A stretch of 64,000 nt of DNA from Felis catus. Lineage: Eukaryota. The stretch spans positions 235,974,001-236,038,000 of the forward strand of contig NC_058368.1 of the NCBI RefSeq assembly GCF_018350175.1, read 5' to 3'. Under the pieces are notes generated by a model, which saw only the letters and a list, made by a program, of their open reading frames with translations, ran no database searches and was not told where the DNA came from. Of this stretch, positions 34,382 through 46,593 are shown piece by piece (within the stretch, counting starts at the first letter, position 1; every line of letters starts with the position of its first letter). The position numbers were made by a program, and so were the translations under genes.

Positions 34382-35253
34382 TAAAGTAAACTCTTTAAAT
34401 ATTTTTCTCTATTAAAATCAATTTTGCTGTATTCAATTAATTCTCTATTAAAATCAATTTCTCTATTAAAATCAATTTTTTTCTTTCATTCGGTGTTGTG
34501 TTAAGAACAAAGTTTATAGAAGATTGGAATAAAACAGAATTTTGCAGGTGAGATCAATTTACCTCAAAACCTCTCTCTACATTAACTTTAGACACACACG
34601 AAATCTTTTGTGGCCACTTATATTTTGCATTTGTTTTTCTTGTATTGATTTTCTGTGCCTTGCACAAATACCTAATAAATCAATCAGCACTTAAAATAAA
34701 TCCGTATCATTGGAAATTAAGAGTAAAAAGGCAGTAGAGAATACTTCCATAGAATATATTTGCATTTGCTCAGAAATAGCCCTACTCAAATTATTTTAGG
34801 TTCACTGAGAAAATATCTGGGGACATCACAGTTTAAAACTAGCTAATATTCAATGTTGTCACCTAAAATTTCTTATTCACTTATGCATCCTTTGGATCTG
34901 CACTGTGATTAGGAATTAGGCAGAGACGCTGAAACATGATATAATTTGATCAATACCCCTGGAAGGTGAGCTTTTGAGCCAGGAGTTGAAAGAACGGTGT
35001 CTTAGTTATCACAGAACCGTGGGGGGTAGGAGGATGAATTGTGTATTTGAAGATCACACAACTGTTCTACTTATGCTGAGATTTACTGAAGCCCATTTGT
35101 GGCAGAATAATTAAAGAAAAGTACTTAAAGTCTAATTTGATTATTTTCATTTGCTGTACAAGTGGTCCACTAAAACTTAAAATCCGATTACTGTCTGTCT
35201 TAATCATGGTTCTTCAAGTCCTGTCCCCTACAGCTTTCAAGAATGGTCACGGG

Positions 35254-35478
35254 GGGGCGCCTGGGTGGCGCAGTCGGTTAAACGTCCGACTTCAGTCAGG
35301 TCACGATCTCGCGGTCCGTGAGTTCGAGCCCCGTGTCAGGCTCTGGGCTGATGGCTCAGAGCCTGGAGCCTGTTTCCGATTCTGTGTCTCCCTCTCTCTC
35401 TCTGCCCCTCCCCCGTTCATGCTCTGTCTCTCTCTGTCCCAAAAATAAATAAACGTTGAAAAAAAAAAAAAAAAAAAA
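35254..35478 (+). mobile_element. Young felid SINE (SINEC_Fc-type) with perfect TSD
   Basis: TSD AAGAATGGTCACGGG at 35239 and 35479; pure poly(A). Confidence 0.97.
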
Positions 35479-35767
35479 AAGAATGGTCACGGGGATGTTT
35501 TGGTGGCTCTAGGTTATAAATTTGAGTCCACGATATTTGTTTTACACAATTAAAATATCAATGTTGTCATTAAATATTTTTCTTTATTCAAAAACTATGA
35601 ACCATATCTAATCAGCACTTACCACATTATTTTTCCAAAATACATTCTACCATTTATGTATTATATCTTTAAATTTATATCTTGCTGCTCCGAATATTAC
35701 CGTAACAGATGGCATTTCAGAAAAAGCTATGTGGTTTAATTTCTTTAAGGCTTCATCTATCGTTCTC

Positions 35768-35976
35768 TTTTTTTATGTTTATTTATTTTTGAGAGAGAGA
35801 GAGACAGAGCGTGAGCGGGGAAAGGGGAGAGAGAGAGGGAGACACAGAATCCGAAGCCGGCCCCAGGCTCCGAGCTGTCCGCACAGAGCCCGATGTGGGG
35901 CTCGAACCCACCAACCGTGAGATCATGACCTGAGTCCAAGTTGGATGCTTAACCAACTGAACCCCCCAGGCGCCCC
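35768..35976 (-). mobile_element. Can-SINE
   Basis: Full antisense copy; degenerate TSD TCATCTATCGTTCTCT / TCATCTCTCTTTCTCT. Confidence 0.94.
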
Positions 35977-36599
35977 TCATCTCTCTTTCTCTTGAGAACT
36001 TGATTGTGAGGGAGTCCTGCTGTTGTTTGGGAATCCCATCAGCGGTTGGCCTGGGCTGGGATTACTTAACAGGCTAAGTCGGCTGTGCCGTGTTGGTGTC
36101 CCTGTTATCATTTACTTGAATTTTTGTGTTTACTTTCTCTCGTGGCACAATTTCTTGAAAGGTGGATGTGCTGAGGGTCCTCTCTTGCACCTCTTCCCTG
36201 CTGCGTTGTCTCATTTTAAAATACTGGCGTTGTCCTTTTTCCAATTAACCATACAGTCACTATCGTGACAAAACGCAGCTCAGATACTCAGTTTGCCTTT
36301 GAAATACGTTTTACTTCTTTGATTCCCTTCTCAGTCTTAAAGCTTTTCTGAGACCTAGATGTCTGCCCCCATCACAGCAGCCTCCTGATGACCATGCAAG
36401 ATCCCGGGGCTGATATCACACGCGCCGACTCTCCAAGTCTTTGCTTTCTGTTGGAAACATCAAATCCAAATGCTCGAGCTTTTCAGGAGCAAAGACCTCC
36501 AACTGGGGTTTGATAACTGTGGGACGTCATTAGTTATCTCAGGAAATGTGACAAGACTCTTGAAAACTTGTGAGAAGTCCATTATGATTCACTCTGACT

Positions 36600-36995
36600 C
36601 TTCATTAAAAGATTGTAATAAAATCTCTGACTCTAGTGGGGGCGTTTGGCTGCTGACAGCTCTTCACTGGTCTCCTTTCCCCACTTGCCTCACTTTCGGC
36701 CCAGACCATAAAGAAGACTCAGATGGTCCTTTCTTTTGTGTGAGTGGTCAGTTCAAACGATACAAGCCAATCGAAGCCCCAGGCAGGAGCCCTCAGTCTG
36801 GCCCCACTCTCTAGCCACAAGTGAGGCCACACCTGTTCCCCTGCCCGGCTTTCTCAGGCCATTTTTGGACCAGCTTGGGAGCCTGTTCTGCACAGTCTCT
36901 CCCAGAAAGCCCCAGGGTGTGAGTAATAAAACTATATCCTCTTGGTGTATGTATGGAATCATCTGACCCGATATCTGAGACACATTTGGTGACAA
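36600..36995 (+). mobile_element. Old ERV LTR remnant (family unassigned)
   Basis: GCCATTTTTGGACCAGCTTGGGAGCCTG...CTCCCAGAAAGCC...GTGAGTAATAAAAC LTR R/U5-like segment with poly(A) signal. Confidence 0.5.
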
Positions 36996-37062
36996 GGATG
37001 TCTACCAAGTTTTTATGAAGTGACTACAGCACACATAAATTGATAATAACTTATTTAAGATT

Positions 37063-37275
37063 CTTTTTTTCAAGTTTATTTCTTTATTTTGAGAGAGAGA
37101 GAGAGAGAGAGAGAGAACAAGCAGGGGAGAGATAGAGAGAGGGGAAGGATCCCAAGGAGGCTCCATGCCATCAACACAGAGCCCAACATGGGGCTGGAAC
37201 TCAGGAAACAGGAAATCATGACCTGAGAAAGATCCAAAGTCAGAGGCTTAGCTGAGCGAGCCCCCCAGGCAGCCC
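37063..37275 (-). mobile_element. Can-SINE
   Basis: Antisense body with (GA)n. Confidence 0.9.
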
Positions 37276-37393
37276 ATAATATTCTTAGAAAGATGTCATA
37301 GAGACATCACAAAATCGTATAAATTGCCATGTGAACTTTCAAATGACTATTCGAAATAATCCACTGTTGTTGTCTTACCATTATTAAAGAGTT

Positions 37394-37617
37394 GGGGCGC
37401 CTGGGTGGCTCAGTCGGTTAAGCGTCCGACTTCAGCTCAGGTCACGATCTCGCGGTCTGTGAGTTCGAGCCCCGCGTCGGGCTCTCGGCTGATGGCTCGG
37501 AGCCTGGAGCCTGCTTCCGATTCTGTGTCTCCCTCTCTCTCTGCCCCTCCCCCGTTCATGCTCTGTCTCTCTCTGTCTCAAAAATAAATAGACGTTAAAA
37601 AAAATAAAAAAAATAAA
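37394..37617 (+). mobile_element. Can-SINE (CpG-rich, fairly young)
   Basis: TSD TAAAGAGTT at 37385-37393 and 37618-37626. Confidence 0.96.
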
Positions 37618-37986
37618 TAAAGAGTTAAGCCTCTGTTTGGTGCATTCATATTTGCATCCCTCCTAGACTGGCACCCTGTTTGTAAATATTACACTCCCTG
37701 TCACTCGTTATTCTCCTAACAGGCTTCGCTAAACCCACTGGTGACACATCGGTCCCCAGCGGTCCTGTGGTTTGTACTGCTGTTATTTCGGTGCTGGCCC
37801 CGCCATCTTCCTTGCTGCCCTTGAATACACCCAGACCACACCTCCTACCACATCCCTGTTCTTTGACTTCTACGTAGTAGAAAGTATTGAGCCTATAGGT
37901 CACACTAAGGGCCATTTACTACTCCCCAAGTCCAACTTCTGTGAACAAGAGGCAACCCCTGAGCATCATTAGACATGCAAATTCTG

Positions 37987-38077
37987 GGGGTGCCTGGCTA
38001 GCCCAGTTCATAGAGCGTGTGGCTCTTGATCTCGGGGTTGTCAATTCGAGCACCATGTTGGGTGTAGAGATTCCTTA
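37987..38077 (+). mobile_element. Short old Can-SINE
   Basis: GGGGTGCCTGGCTAGCCCAG...CTCTTGATCTCGGGGTTG...GTTGGGTGTAGAGATT. Confidence 0.85.
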
Positions 38078-39549
38078 CAGAAGGACAAGTTCTAGGTTTC
38101 CTCGCCCTTGCTCTGTATTTCCATAGACTATCCACAGCCAATTCCTTTTGTAACTATCAGCTCCACACTTGGTCTTTACGGATTGAATATAAGGTTGCCA
38201 AATAAACGGTGGAGTGAATAAATAATATCCATTTCCAGATGCCTCTCCCTAACACTCCTTTCCAGAGACACATGAAGAAATGTGTGGTGCAACGATCTGA
38301 TGGAGGTGACGAAGTTTATTTAGGAGGGAGATTTCCTGACAGTCAACCTGGACGCTTCAACACAGCGCTCACTGGAGAATTGTGTACCGAATCGGTACAA
38401 AACAAGGATAAACTCTAAGGAAAATGGTCCCAGTTACAGTTTCAACAGTGACTTCATGGTGGCAGATCTCAGAGCACGAAATCGTAGCCTGCGTAAAAGT
38501 TTCCCAGATGCATCAAGCATGTGCGGGTCCCAGAAATGTTAGCCTATCTCGCTGGTTATCATAAGAAAAAAAAAACAGAAAAGCTTCAGTTTCTTTTTTA
38601 ATGCATTGCTTCGTTTCAAAATATAAAGTAGGGAAATTAAGTAACTGCTGTGTAATTCTAAAATGTCAAGTATACCCTGGACATAATATATTAGGTTTCT
38701 CTTGGTAACTGTAATTTTGAAAAGTGTACTGAATATCTTAAAAGTAAATGTCACCGCACAGTAGATAAATTTCAGAACTGTGGCTCTTTCTAATTTAACT
38801 GGAAGGAGAAAGGCCCAGAATTGACCTCTGCTTCCTATGAATGTTTTTCTTAATGACCTACTTAAAGATATTGCTAAAAACCGGCCAATGTACTTTATTG
38901 TAGAGGAAGGAAGGCAAATCCCCAGGAAGACATCATAAAATATGTGGCACATTTCAGGAAGCTAATGGAAAATGACCACTGGCTAAGCCCTTGAGCTCAG
39001 GCCGAAGACGGATAACATAGATCCTCATTTAAATCAGAAATGCTGTTGTTGGGGCCGGACTTATTTATCCCAGGTTGTAAGTTAATATTTACAAATCTAT
39101 TAATTTTGTTGTTCCATGGCATAACTAGTGAGCTTGGAAAATGCGATTGCTGTATAAATGTTTAACTAATAACCATGACCTTGAATGGAGCAAAATACTC
39201 CTTCGCTGCATATTCAGGAGTAGGCATTGGTTCCATCCTTGGGGTGACCTCAAGACTATTCATTCCATCTCAGAGGGAAGAGGTTCAAGTGTATTCCGCA
39301 GCTGTTTGTCCTGAATCGGGAGCTCAATGTTGCCCATAACTGGCTAGGAGTTTCCTAAAGTTACCATAACAAAGTACCACAGATGAGTTTTAACAACAGA
39401 AATGTTTTCTGTGGTTCTGAAGGCCAGACATTGGCCCTGGCAAGGTTGGTCGTTTCTGAGGGCTTCCTCCTCGACTTGTACATGGCTGTCTTCTCTCTGG
39501 CCTGCCACCTTACCCTTCCTGTGTGAGCATCCGAGTGTCTGTGTTTAAA

Positions 39550-39570
39550 TTTCCCTTTCTTCCTTCCTTC

Positions 39571-39606
<36 letters not shown>

Positions 39607-39813
39607 TTTCTTTCTTCTTTTTCTTTTTTTCTTCCTTTCTTCTTTTTATTTCTTCCTTTCTTTCTTTTCTTTCTTTCTTCCTTTTCTTTATTTGTTTCCT
39701 TTTTTCCTTTCTTTCTCTTCCTCCCTTCTGCTCTTTCTTCCTCTTTCTTTCTTTTCTTTTTCTTTCTCTCCTTCTTTCTTTCCTTCTTTCTTCTTTTTCC
39801 TTTCTTTCTCTTC

Positions 39814-39872
<59 letters not shown>

Positions 39873-39880
39873 TTCCCTCC
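39550..39880. repeat. ~330-bp polypyrimidine (CTTT/CTT)n tract
   Basis: Almost pure C/T on the + strand. Confidence 0.95.
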
Positions 39881-39995
39881 AGCTCCATGCCCAGCACAGA
39901 GCCCAATACAGGGCTTGAACTCACGACCTTGAGATCAAGACCTCAGCTGAGATTCAACAGGGAGATGCTTAACCAACTGAGCCATTCAGGCACCC
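39881..39995 (-). mobile_element. Can-SINE head whose tail is the (CTTT)n tract
   Basis: AGCACAGAGCCC...CTGAGCCATTCAGGCACCC; degenerate TSD ATTTCCCTTTCT / ATTCCCCTTTCT. Confidence 0.88.
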
Positions 39996-40476
39996 TTCAT
40001 TCCCCTTTCTATAAGGATCTCAGTGATACTGGCCTAATGAGTATCTGGTCCATCCTAATGACCTCATCTTAAACTGATTATCCCTGAAAAGACCTTCTCT
40101 CAAAATAAAGCCCCATTCATAAGTACTGGCATAAAGACTTCAACATAGGAATTTGGGGAGGACACAATTCAACCTGTACCAGTCACCATACAATAAACAC
40201 AATTCTCCGTTCTCGGAGGAGAGGTGGGCATAACTACCTGTACAAAGCCAAATGAAGGTTTCCCACCCTGAGCCACTGTGATGGTAGGACTGGAAGGTGG
40301 CCCTATTTGGTGGACTTCCTAGCTCACAGGGACCCCACCTGCCTATAAATGGCTTTTTTTGGAAAGGATTCATTTCCAGGGACATGTCTAAATACAGCCC
40401 TATGCTGTAGTCCCAGCTCACTGAGTAAGGGGTGAACATCCATTTCAAAGTAGTCAGATTCTGCCTAGGATTTTTG

Positions 40477-40489
40477 TTTATTTGTTTGT

Positions 40490-40520
<31 letters not shown>

Positions 40521-40721
40521 CTTATTTCTTATTTTTAGAGAGAGACAGACAGATGCAAGCCGGGGAAGAACAGAGAGAGAGAGGGAGGCACAGAATCCAA
40601 AGCAGGCTCCAGGCTCTGAGCTGTCAGCACAGAGCCCAATGTGGAGCTCGAACTCACGAACCGCAAGATCATGACCTGAGCCAAAGTCTGATGCTTCACC
40701 GACTGAGCCACCCAGGCACCC
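40477..40721 (-). mobile_element. Can-SINE with (TTTA)n tail
   Basis: TSD CCTAGGATTTTTG at 40464 and 40721. Confidence 0.95.
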
Positions 40722-41599
40722 CTAGGATTTTTGCTTTTCAACTAAGAACAAAAACAGACTGGTTGTTGTTGGAACCAAATGGTATTAAAGGCTGTGTTAT
40801 ATCCAGAAGTTTCCTAGTATTCTTATAATTGCTTATCACCTTCCCCATAACCTGATGGTTCAACCTTCTTTGTCTTCCATAATTATGACGGATCCTTTTT
40901 AATAGATCTTTTTGTTGTTTTCTCAGCTGATCAGAATTAATTTCTGTTATTTCCATCAAAATATCATCTGCCTGCATAGCATCCACTTTCCTAGTCACAC
41001 GGGATTTTTAAAGAAAAATCGCATTTCCTAGAATAATTAAGAAAGTAATCCAGGTAAATTCTGACACAACAATATTTTCTCCTTCCTCACTTTCCTTGTT
41101 GCATGGGGTGTGGAGCACTACTCTAGGGCTTTACTAGGTGAGTGATAGAGGATGGAGACCCAATGGGATGATGATACATTCTAAGGCAAAGACTAGGCCA
41201 AAAGATCATAATGAAGCTACCAAAGACGGTAAGAGAAGAAAACACAGGACTTGCAGGATGGAATGATCTAGTGAGTTGCATAGAAAGATTTCTATTTTTT
41301 CATTTACTGAATGCGCATGGACCTTTATTTTCCTAGTCAAACTTTCCAAGTGCTACCTATCCTCCGAGGCATTGCATGCGTGTAGAAAGACTCTGATAAC
41401 TAAGCATCAGCATGGATTTGGTATCATGGACGTAGAACTTGTAAAGGGATTCCGTGTTGGGCATCTGCGATGCCTTCCAGTTACATTTCTGATTGTTGTC
41501 AGCTCCAAGTTAGTCCAGAAAACCAAGCATGGTATAACTTGCATGGAGTTTGCTGAAGAGAGGAGGAGAAGGGGCATATAGCATCACATACCCCATTGA

Positions 41600-42400
41600 C
41601 CTTCAGTGTTTTTGCACACATGACCCCCAAAGAAATATAAATCTACTCACATAGCTTCAAGTAGACATCTAAAATATTTTATGCATTTCAATGATTACTG
41701 CTTATTATAAATGGAAGTACTTAAAAGTAAAATGGAAGACCATACTTAAAAGTATCCAAAAGAGTACAAATACCTCATTGATTTAATATTCATTTTAATA
41801 ATATATGTAAGTAGTCTTTAGCATTCCGATGAATGATAGTTTGGATTTTCTTCCTTGATCAAATCCACATACTTTTCCCCAGTGTTTATATAATAAATGT
41901 AATAACGAATATAATAAACGTTTATAATAGAAACGAGTATAATAAGCGAAAATAAAACGTATTTTATAATTGAAACCTCTTAGAGATCACCCTATCAAAT
42001 TTATCTAAGTATGTATGCAAATTCAAATGTTTATTTTTACATTGTCTGTGATGGTAAGGCTCTAAGAAGTGAACCATTATGAATGATCTTAGTGCGCAAT
42101 TGTTAAAAAGGCCAAAATACGTTCTATGCTTTTACAAATTTTAAGAATCAAAAAATAAAATTTTATTAGAAATGCAGGTCTTAATAAGGTAATTATCGAT
42201 CTTTTCTGTGCATTTAATGGAGACAGACATTTACGCACTGCCCTATGTAATCGGAATGATAGTTTTCATGGTATTTTATTTTGTGTGAGCCGACAGTAGA
42301 ACACAGTAAACATGTTTAGGATGAACTGGGCATTGCCTCCAGCTGAAAAGAATATTTTATGATATAACTTCATACAATATATTTTCATGGCTAAGAGAAT
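41600..42400. mobile_element. Degraded hAT-Charlie-like DNA transposon remnant
   Basis: AT-rich; GACATCTAAAATATTTT, GATCACCCTATCA, TAAGGCTCTAAG resemble a recalled Charlie-family consensus. Confidence 0.45.
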
Positions 42401-42470
42401 AACACACATCAAATCTTAAAAAAAAAATCACATAAAGTTTTGCCCATAAATTTAGCCCAAGTGATCTTTA

Positions 42471-42694
42471 TAATTTTTTAAGTTTATTTATTTATTATTG
42501 AGAGAGAGAGAGAGAGAGAGAGAGACCACAAGCGGGAGAGGGGCAGAGAGCGAGGGAGACACAGAATCCGAAGCAGGCTCCAAGCTCTGAGCTGTCAGCA
42601 CAGAGCCCCATGTGGGGCTCAAACCCACGAACTATGAGATCATGACCTGAACTGAAGTCAGACACTTAACTGACTGAGCCATCCAGGCACATCC
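42471..42694 (-). mobile_element. Can-SINE
   Basis: TSD core CAAGTGATCTTTA on both sides. Confidence 0.95.
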
Positions 42695-42729
42695 TAGTTC
42701 AAGTGATCTTTAAAACTCTGACACTCCTA

Positions 42730-42912
42730 GGGACACCTGGGTGGCTCAGTCAATTGAGCAACCAACTTCAGCTCAGGTCACGATCTCGTGGCTCGTGAGT
42801 TTGAGCCCCTCATCAAGCTTAGTACTGTCAGCGCAGAGCCCGCTTCGGATCTTCTGTCTCCCTTTCTCTCCAAGATAAATCTTAAAACAAAACAAACAAA
42901 AAAACCAAAAAA
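42730..42912 (+). mobile_element. Can-SINE
   Basis: TSD CTGACACTCCTAG / CTGACATTCCTAG. Confidence 0.93.
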
Positions 42913-43948
42913 CAACCTGACATTCCTAGAAAAGTTTCCAGCACATTTTTTTTTTTTTTTTTTTTTTTTTTGCTTTGCTCTCATGGGAGTCTCCCTTAAG
43001 AACTGTGCTTCTTCAGCCGTAGTTTGGAGATGGGGATAACGAATCACAAAATCACAGTTGCCATTCACTCCACCCCTCCATTGCCCATAATCTGTGATCA
43101 GACCATCCTAGTGAGGCACCACATTAGCCGAAGCACACCGTGGTTCACGGTCTTCTTTAACTTGTAAAGGAAATTCAAAAACTGTTCAATTGCTGTGTGG
43201 AGTTGCCGTGATAGAAGATACTGAAAACTTGGGTTTTTTTCCACCTGACTGGGGGAGGGGGCAATACCGAACCTTGAGATTTGGGATGGGGCAGAGAAAT
43301 GCTTTTCTTTTGTAAAGCAGGCAAAGGCTACTGAGAGTGCTGGCCTCTGTTGCCACAAATCAGCGCTGTGAATGAGTGCATAAGAAAGAAAATATTTGGA
43401 AAGCTTGGGCTGAAAGGATGCGCGCCCTCACGGTGCTGAGAAAATGCTTCGTATGCCTCCAGATGGAGAATTTGTGGATAATGCCCCGAACAAACACACA
43501 AATGTCAGGAAAATGTTTGCCTTGTCATTATTGCCTTTTCCCCATTGGTCCTTGAGGCCATACCGCGACAATACTCCATCAACAGTTGTCAAAGTAATCG
43601 GTGAATCAGTGTGCAAAAGGAGTAAATGAGTGAAGGAAACAGGTTCAGGTGGGGATCCTACAACAAGGACTGGTGGGAGTCTACACAGTCTGGAGTTCCT
43701 ACCAACTGAGACTCCCCGAGATCACACTGCGTCACCTAAGTTTCCTCAGAAAGACAGGGCCCCCACCGGAGTCCCGGGAAACACAGCCGCTGCCATCATT
43801 GATCGTGGCACGACAGAGGGAACATTTGCTGAACTCATCTCACAGTTGGGAGAGTTATGAACAGTCAGAGTTAAGACTGCAGATCAGTTTTATACATGAA
43901 GTCAAAATTTTAAATGCAGACAGAGAAAAATTAATTAAAAAATATCTT

Positions 43949-44163
43949 GGGGCACCTGGGTGGCTCAGTCGGTTAAGCGTCCGACTTCGGCTCAGGTCAT
44001 GATCTTGCAGTTGTGAGTTCAAGCCCCGCGTCAAGCTCTGTGCTGACGGCTCAGAGCCTGGAGCCTGTTTCAGATTCTGTGTCTTCCTCTCTCTCTGACC
44101 CTCCCCCATTCATGCTCTGTCTCTCTCTGTCTCAAAAATAAATAAATGTTAAAAAAATTTTAA
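43949..44163 (+). mobile_element. Can-SINE
   Basis: Full-length; its A tail is the target of the next SINE. Confidence 0.95.
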
Positions 44164-44369
44164 GGGGCGCCTGGGTGGCGCAGTCGGTTAAGCGTCTGAC
44201 TTCAGCCAGGTCACGATCTCGCGGTCCGTGAGTTCGAGCCCCGCGTCAGGCTCTGGGCTGATGGCTCGGAGCCTGGAGCCTGTTTCAGATTCTGTGTCTC
44301 CCTCTCTCTCTGCCCCTCCCCTGTTCATGCTCTGTCTCTCTCTGTCCCAAAAATAAATAAATGTTGAAA
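44164..44369 (+). mobile_element. Young felid SINE (SINEC_Fc-type) nested in a SINE tail
   Basis: TSD AAAAAAATTTTAA at 44151-44163 and 44370-44382. Confidence 0.96.
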
Positions 44370-44397
44370 AAAAAAATTTTAAAAATACCTCAATCTC

Positions 44398-44495
44398 GGG
44401 GTGCTACTTAAGAGTGTGCTACTCTTGATCTCGGGGTTGTAAGTTGGAGCCCCTCACTGAGCATAGAGACTATTTAAAAAAATAAAATCTTGAGA
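44398..44495 (+). mobile_element. Short old Can-SINE
   Basis: CTCTTGATCTCGGGGTTGTAAGTTGGAGCCCC...TAGAGACTATTTAAAAAAATAAAATCTT. Confidence 0.82.
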
Positions 44496-45169
44496 AAGAA
44501 ACCCCAATCTTTATTGTCTCTTTTTTTGGAAAATCTTTGCCACTTGTGCTGTTTCTAACAACAGCTTATTAAGTGTCTTTGTTGGAAACAAATCCCATGC
44601 TCTGTTAAGGGCAAGTTTTGAAGGAATACATGGCCATCATCATATTCAGAATATCAGGAATATTTTATATCAAGTTTATTTTTTGGCCAAAATTTTAAAA
44701 ATGTACGCCAAAGCTTTCCCCCACAAATTTTTGTACAAGACTTGATATTAAAATGGCAGCTAGATCATGTTGAATTCAATCAATGGCTAGTCACGTTGAA
44801 AATCCTAAACTTTGAATACTGTGAAATGTGAACGATATTCTTCTAGAGAAATCTCATCTCTCAGACGTGCGTGCAAATATAGACATTGAACCTGTTGTAA
44901 TAGTAGGGGGAAAAAAGGTGTATGTTTAATCTGTACGGTTTAGTTAGGGACAACTCAGGCCGGGAATTTTATTTTGTGATAGCTACAAAGCTACTATTCT
45001 TTTTAGTTCATAAAATAATTTGAATATTATTCAATGGGAAAAGAGGTCTCTTTTCAATTTTTATGCATTTCTGCCTTCTGAAAAGTTCCTTATTACGAGA
45101 TGACGCTTTCTTATATGATGTATCCTGCCTGGTAATGTGTCTTTTGAGTATTCCTCCTTCTTTTTGAGG

Positions 45170-45553
45170 TTCCAGTTTGGAATCAAGATCACAGAAGTGA
45201 GAGCATTGAATGGTTCTAGTTTCCCTGAACGGGCTCCCCTGTCCCTCCTCCTTAATCCCCTCTTTTCCAATGATCACGACTAAGTCATGAGGCCTCAGTT
45301 GAGATAACACCTCCTCTGAGAAGTCTTCCCTTGACCCTTGGCAGGGGCGGGGGGGAGACATGCTCCTCAAAGTCACTCTGTCCTTCTCCTAACCCAGCCT
45401 GGTGTTCCAGCATCCTGCTCACAGTCCCTACCTGCCACCAGACGGCCACCAGGTGCTGGTAAAGCAAGATTGCACCTGTTCCACTCTCTCCGCACCCAGC
45501 AGCAGGGCAAAGACACGCACAAAGCAGGCTCCCAATCAATATTTGAATAATAA
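45170..45553 (+). mobile_element. L2 LINE 3' remnant
   Basis: CACCTCCTCTGAGAAGTCTTCCCTTGACC; GCAGGCTCCCAATCAATATTTGAATAA. Confidence 0.7.
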
Positions 45554-45653
45554 ACACACTCCCCTGGTTGTATTACTCTCTCCTTACGCTAGCACACAAT
45601 TGTTGCTCACCAGGTGTTACTGAGTTTAATCGTGCACAAAAATGCTGGCGATA

Positions 45654-46593
45654 GCCTGTCACTCCTGGGAGGACGGAGTGGGCATAGTTTTCTCTATTCC
45701 TCTCACAAAGCACAATGAAAAGCCCTGGATTATTATATATAAAAGAAACATTAAGAAAACTCTGAAGGGTGAGGAGCAAATAAGCAGATATTTCACAGAA
45801 GAGAATATCCGGGTGACAAGCAGGCACATGAAAAGAGGCTCAACGTCATTAGCTGTTAAGTAAATGGGAATCGAAACCCATGGTGATATCGCCTCGTGAG
45901 TGTCAGAATAAACCCAAACTATTGGCAACACCAAGTACAGAGGCATATATCACTCTCACATTTAGTCATTCATACGTTGTTGGTGGGAAAGCAAAACAGC
46001 ACAGCCACTTGGGAAAATGGTTTGGCAGTTTCTTTAAAAACAACAACGACAATGAACGACTATGACAAAAACTACGCATGAAATCATATGACCCAGCAAC
46101 TGCACTCTTGAGAGCTTATCCCACAACAAACAAAACCACGGTCACCAAAAAATCTGTACTAAATTTTAACTAATAGGCAAGAACTGGTAACAGTTCAAAG
46201 GCCCTTCACCAGGTGAATGGTGAATGTGCCTACACTCGGCATGGAACACTGCCCGGCATAGAAAGAGTGAACTAGGACGCCTGGGTGCCTTAGTTGGTTA
46301 ACCATCTGACTCTTGATTTCAGCTCAGGTCCTGATCTTGCGGTTCAAGCCCCGAGTTGGCCTCTGCACTGGCAGCACGGAGCCTCAAGCCCAGCACGAGG
46401 GACCCTTGTCCAGTGGAAATATTCCGCCTCTCGGCTGCGTCCACGTCAGCATCCCGGTTGTGACACTGAGCTATGGTTTTGTCAGGCGTTATCTTTGGGT
46501 GACCCGATAAAAGGTAGGTGGGATCTCTCCGTGTTGGTTCTCACAACTACATGTGGCATTCCAATGACCGCAAGATGAAATAATTTAATTTTT
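45654..46593 (+). mobile_element. Internally deleted L1MC element keeping its 5' terminus, late ORF2 and 3' terminus
   Basis: 5' end (CCCTGGATTATTATATATAAAAGAAACATTAAGAAAACTCTGAAGGG), ORF2 (GCACATGAAAAGAGGCTCAACGTCATTAG; CATATGACCCAGCAACTGCACTC), L1MC1 3' end; degenerate TSD. Confidence 0.8.
46275..46384 (+). mobile_element. Tail-less Can-SINE fragment inside the L1
   Basis: GGACGCCTGGGTG...CTCTTGATTTCAGCTCAGGTC...GGAGCCT, then L1 3'UTR. Confidence 0.85.

Larger units (their letters stand above)
39341..40181 (-). mobile_element. MaLR solo LTR (MLT1B/C-like) interrupted by a SINE and microsatellite
   Basis: CCATAACAAAGTACCACA...ACAACAGAAAT; CCTAATGACCTCATCTTAA; GGACACAATTCAACC. Confidence 0.85.

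Noticed and set aside
38383..38399. Dyad TGTACCGA-A-TCGGTACA and a nearby acceptor-led short open frame
   Set aside because: About one 8-bp dyad with a fixed spacer is expected per 64 kb; the peptide is unrecognised.
39523..40072. F/L/S-rich and K/E/R-rich ORFs
   Set aside because: Microsatellite translations.
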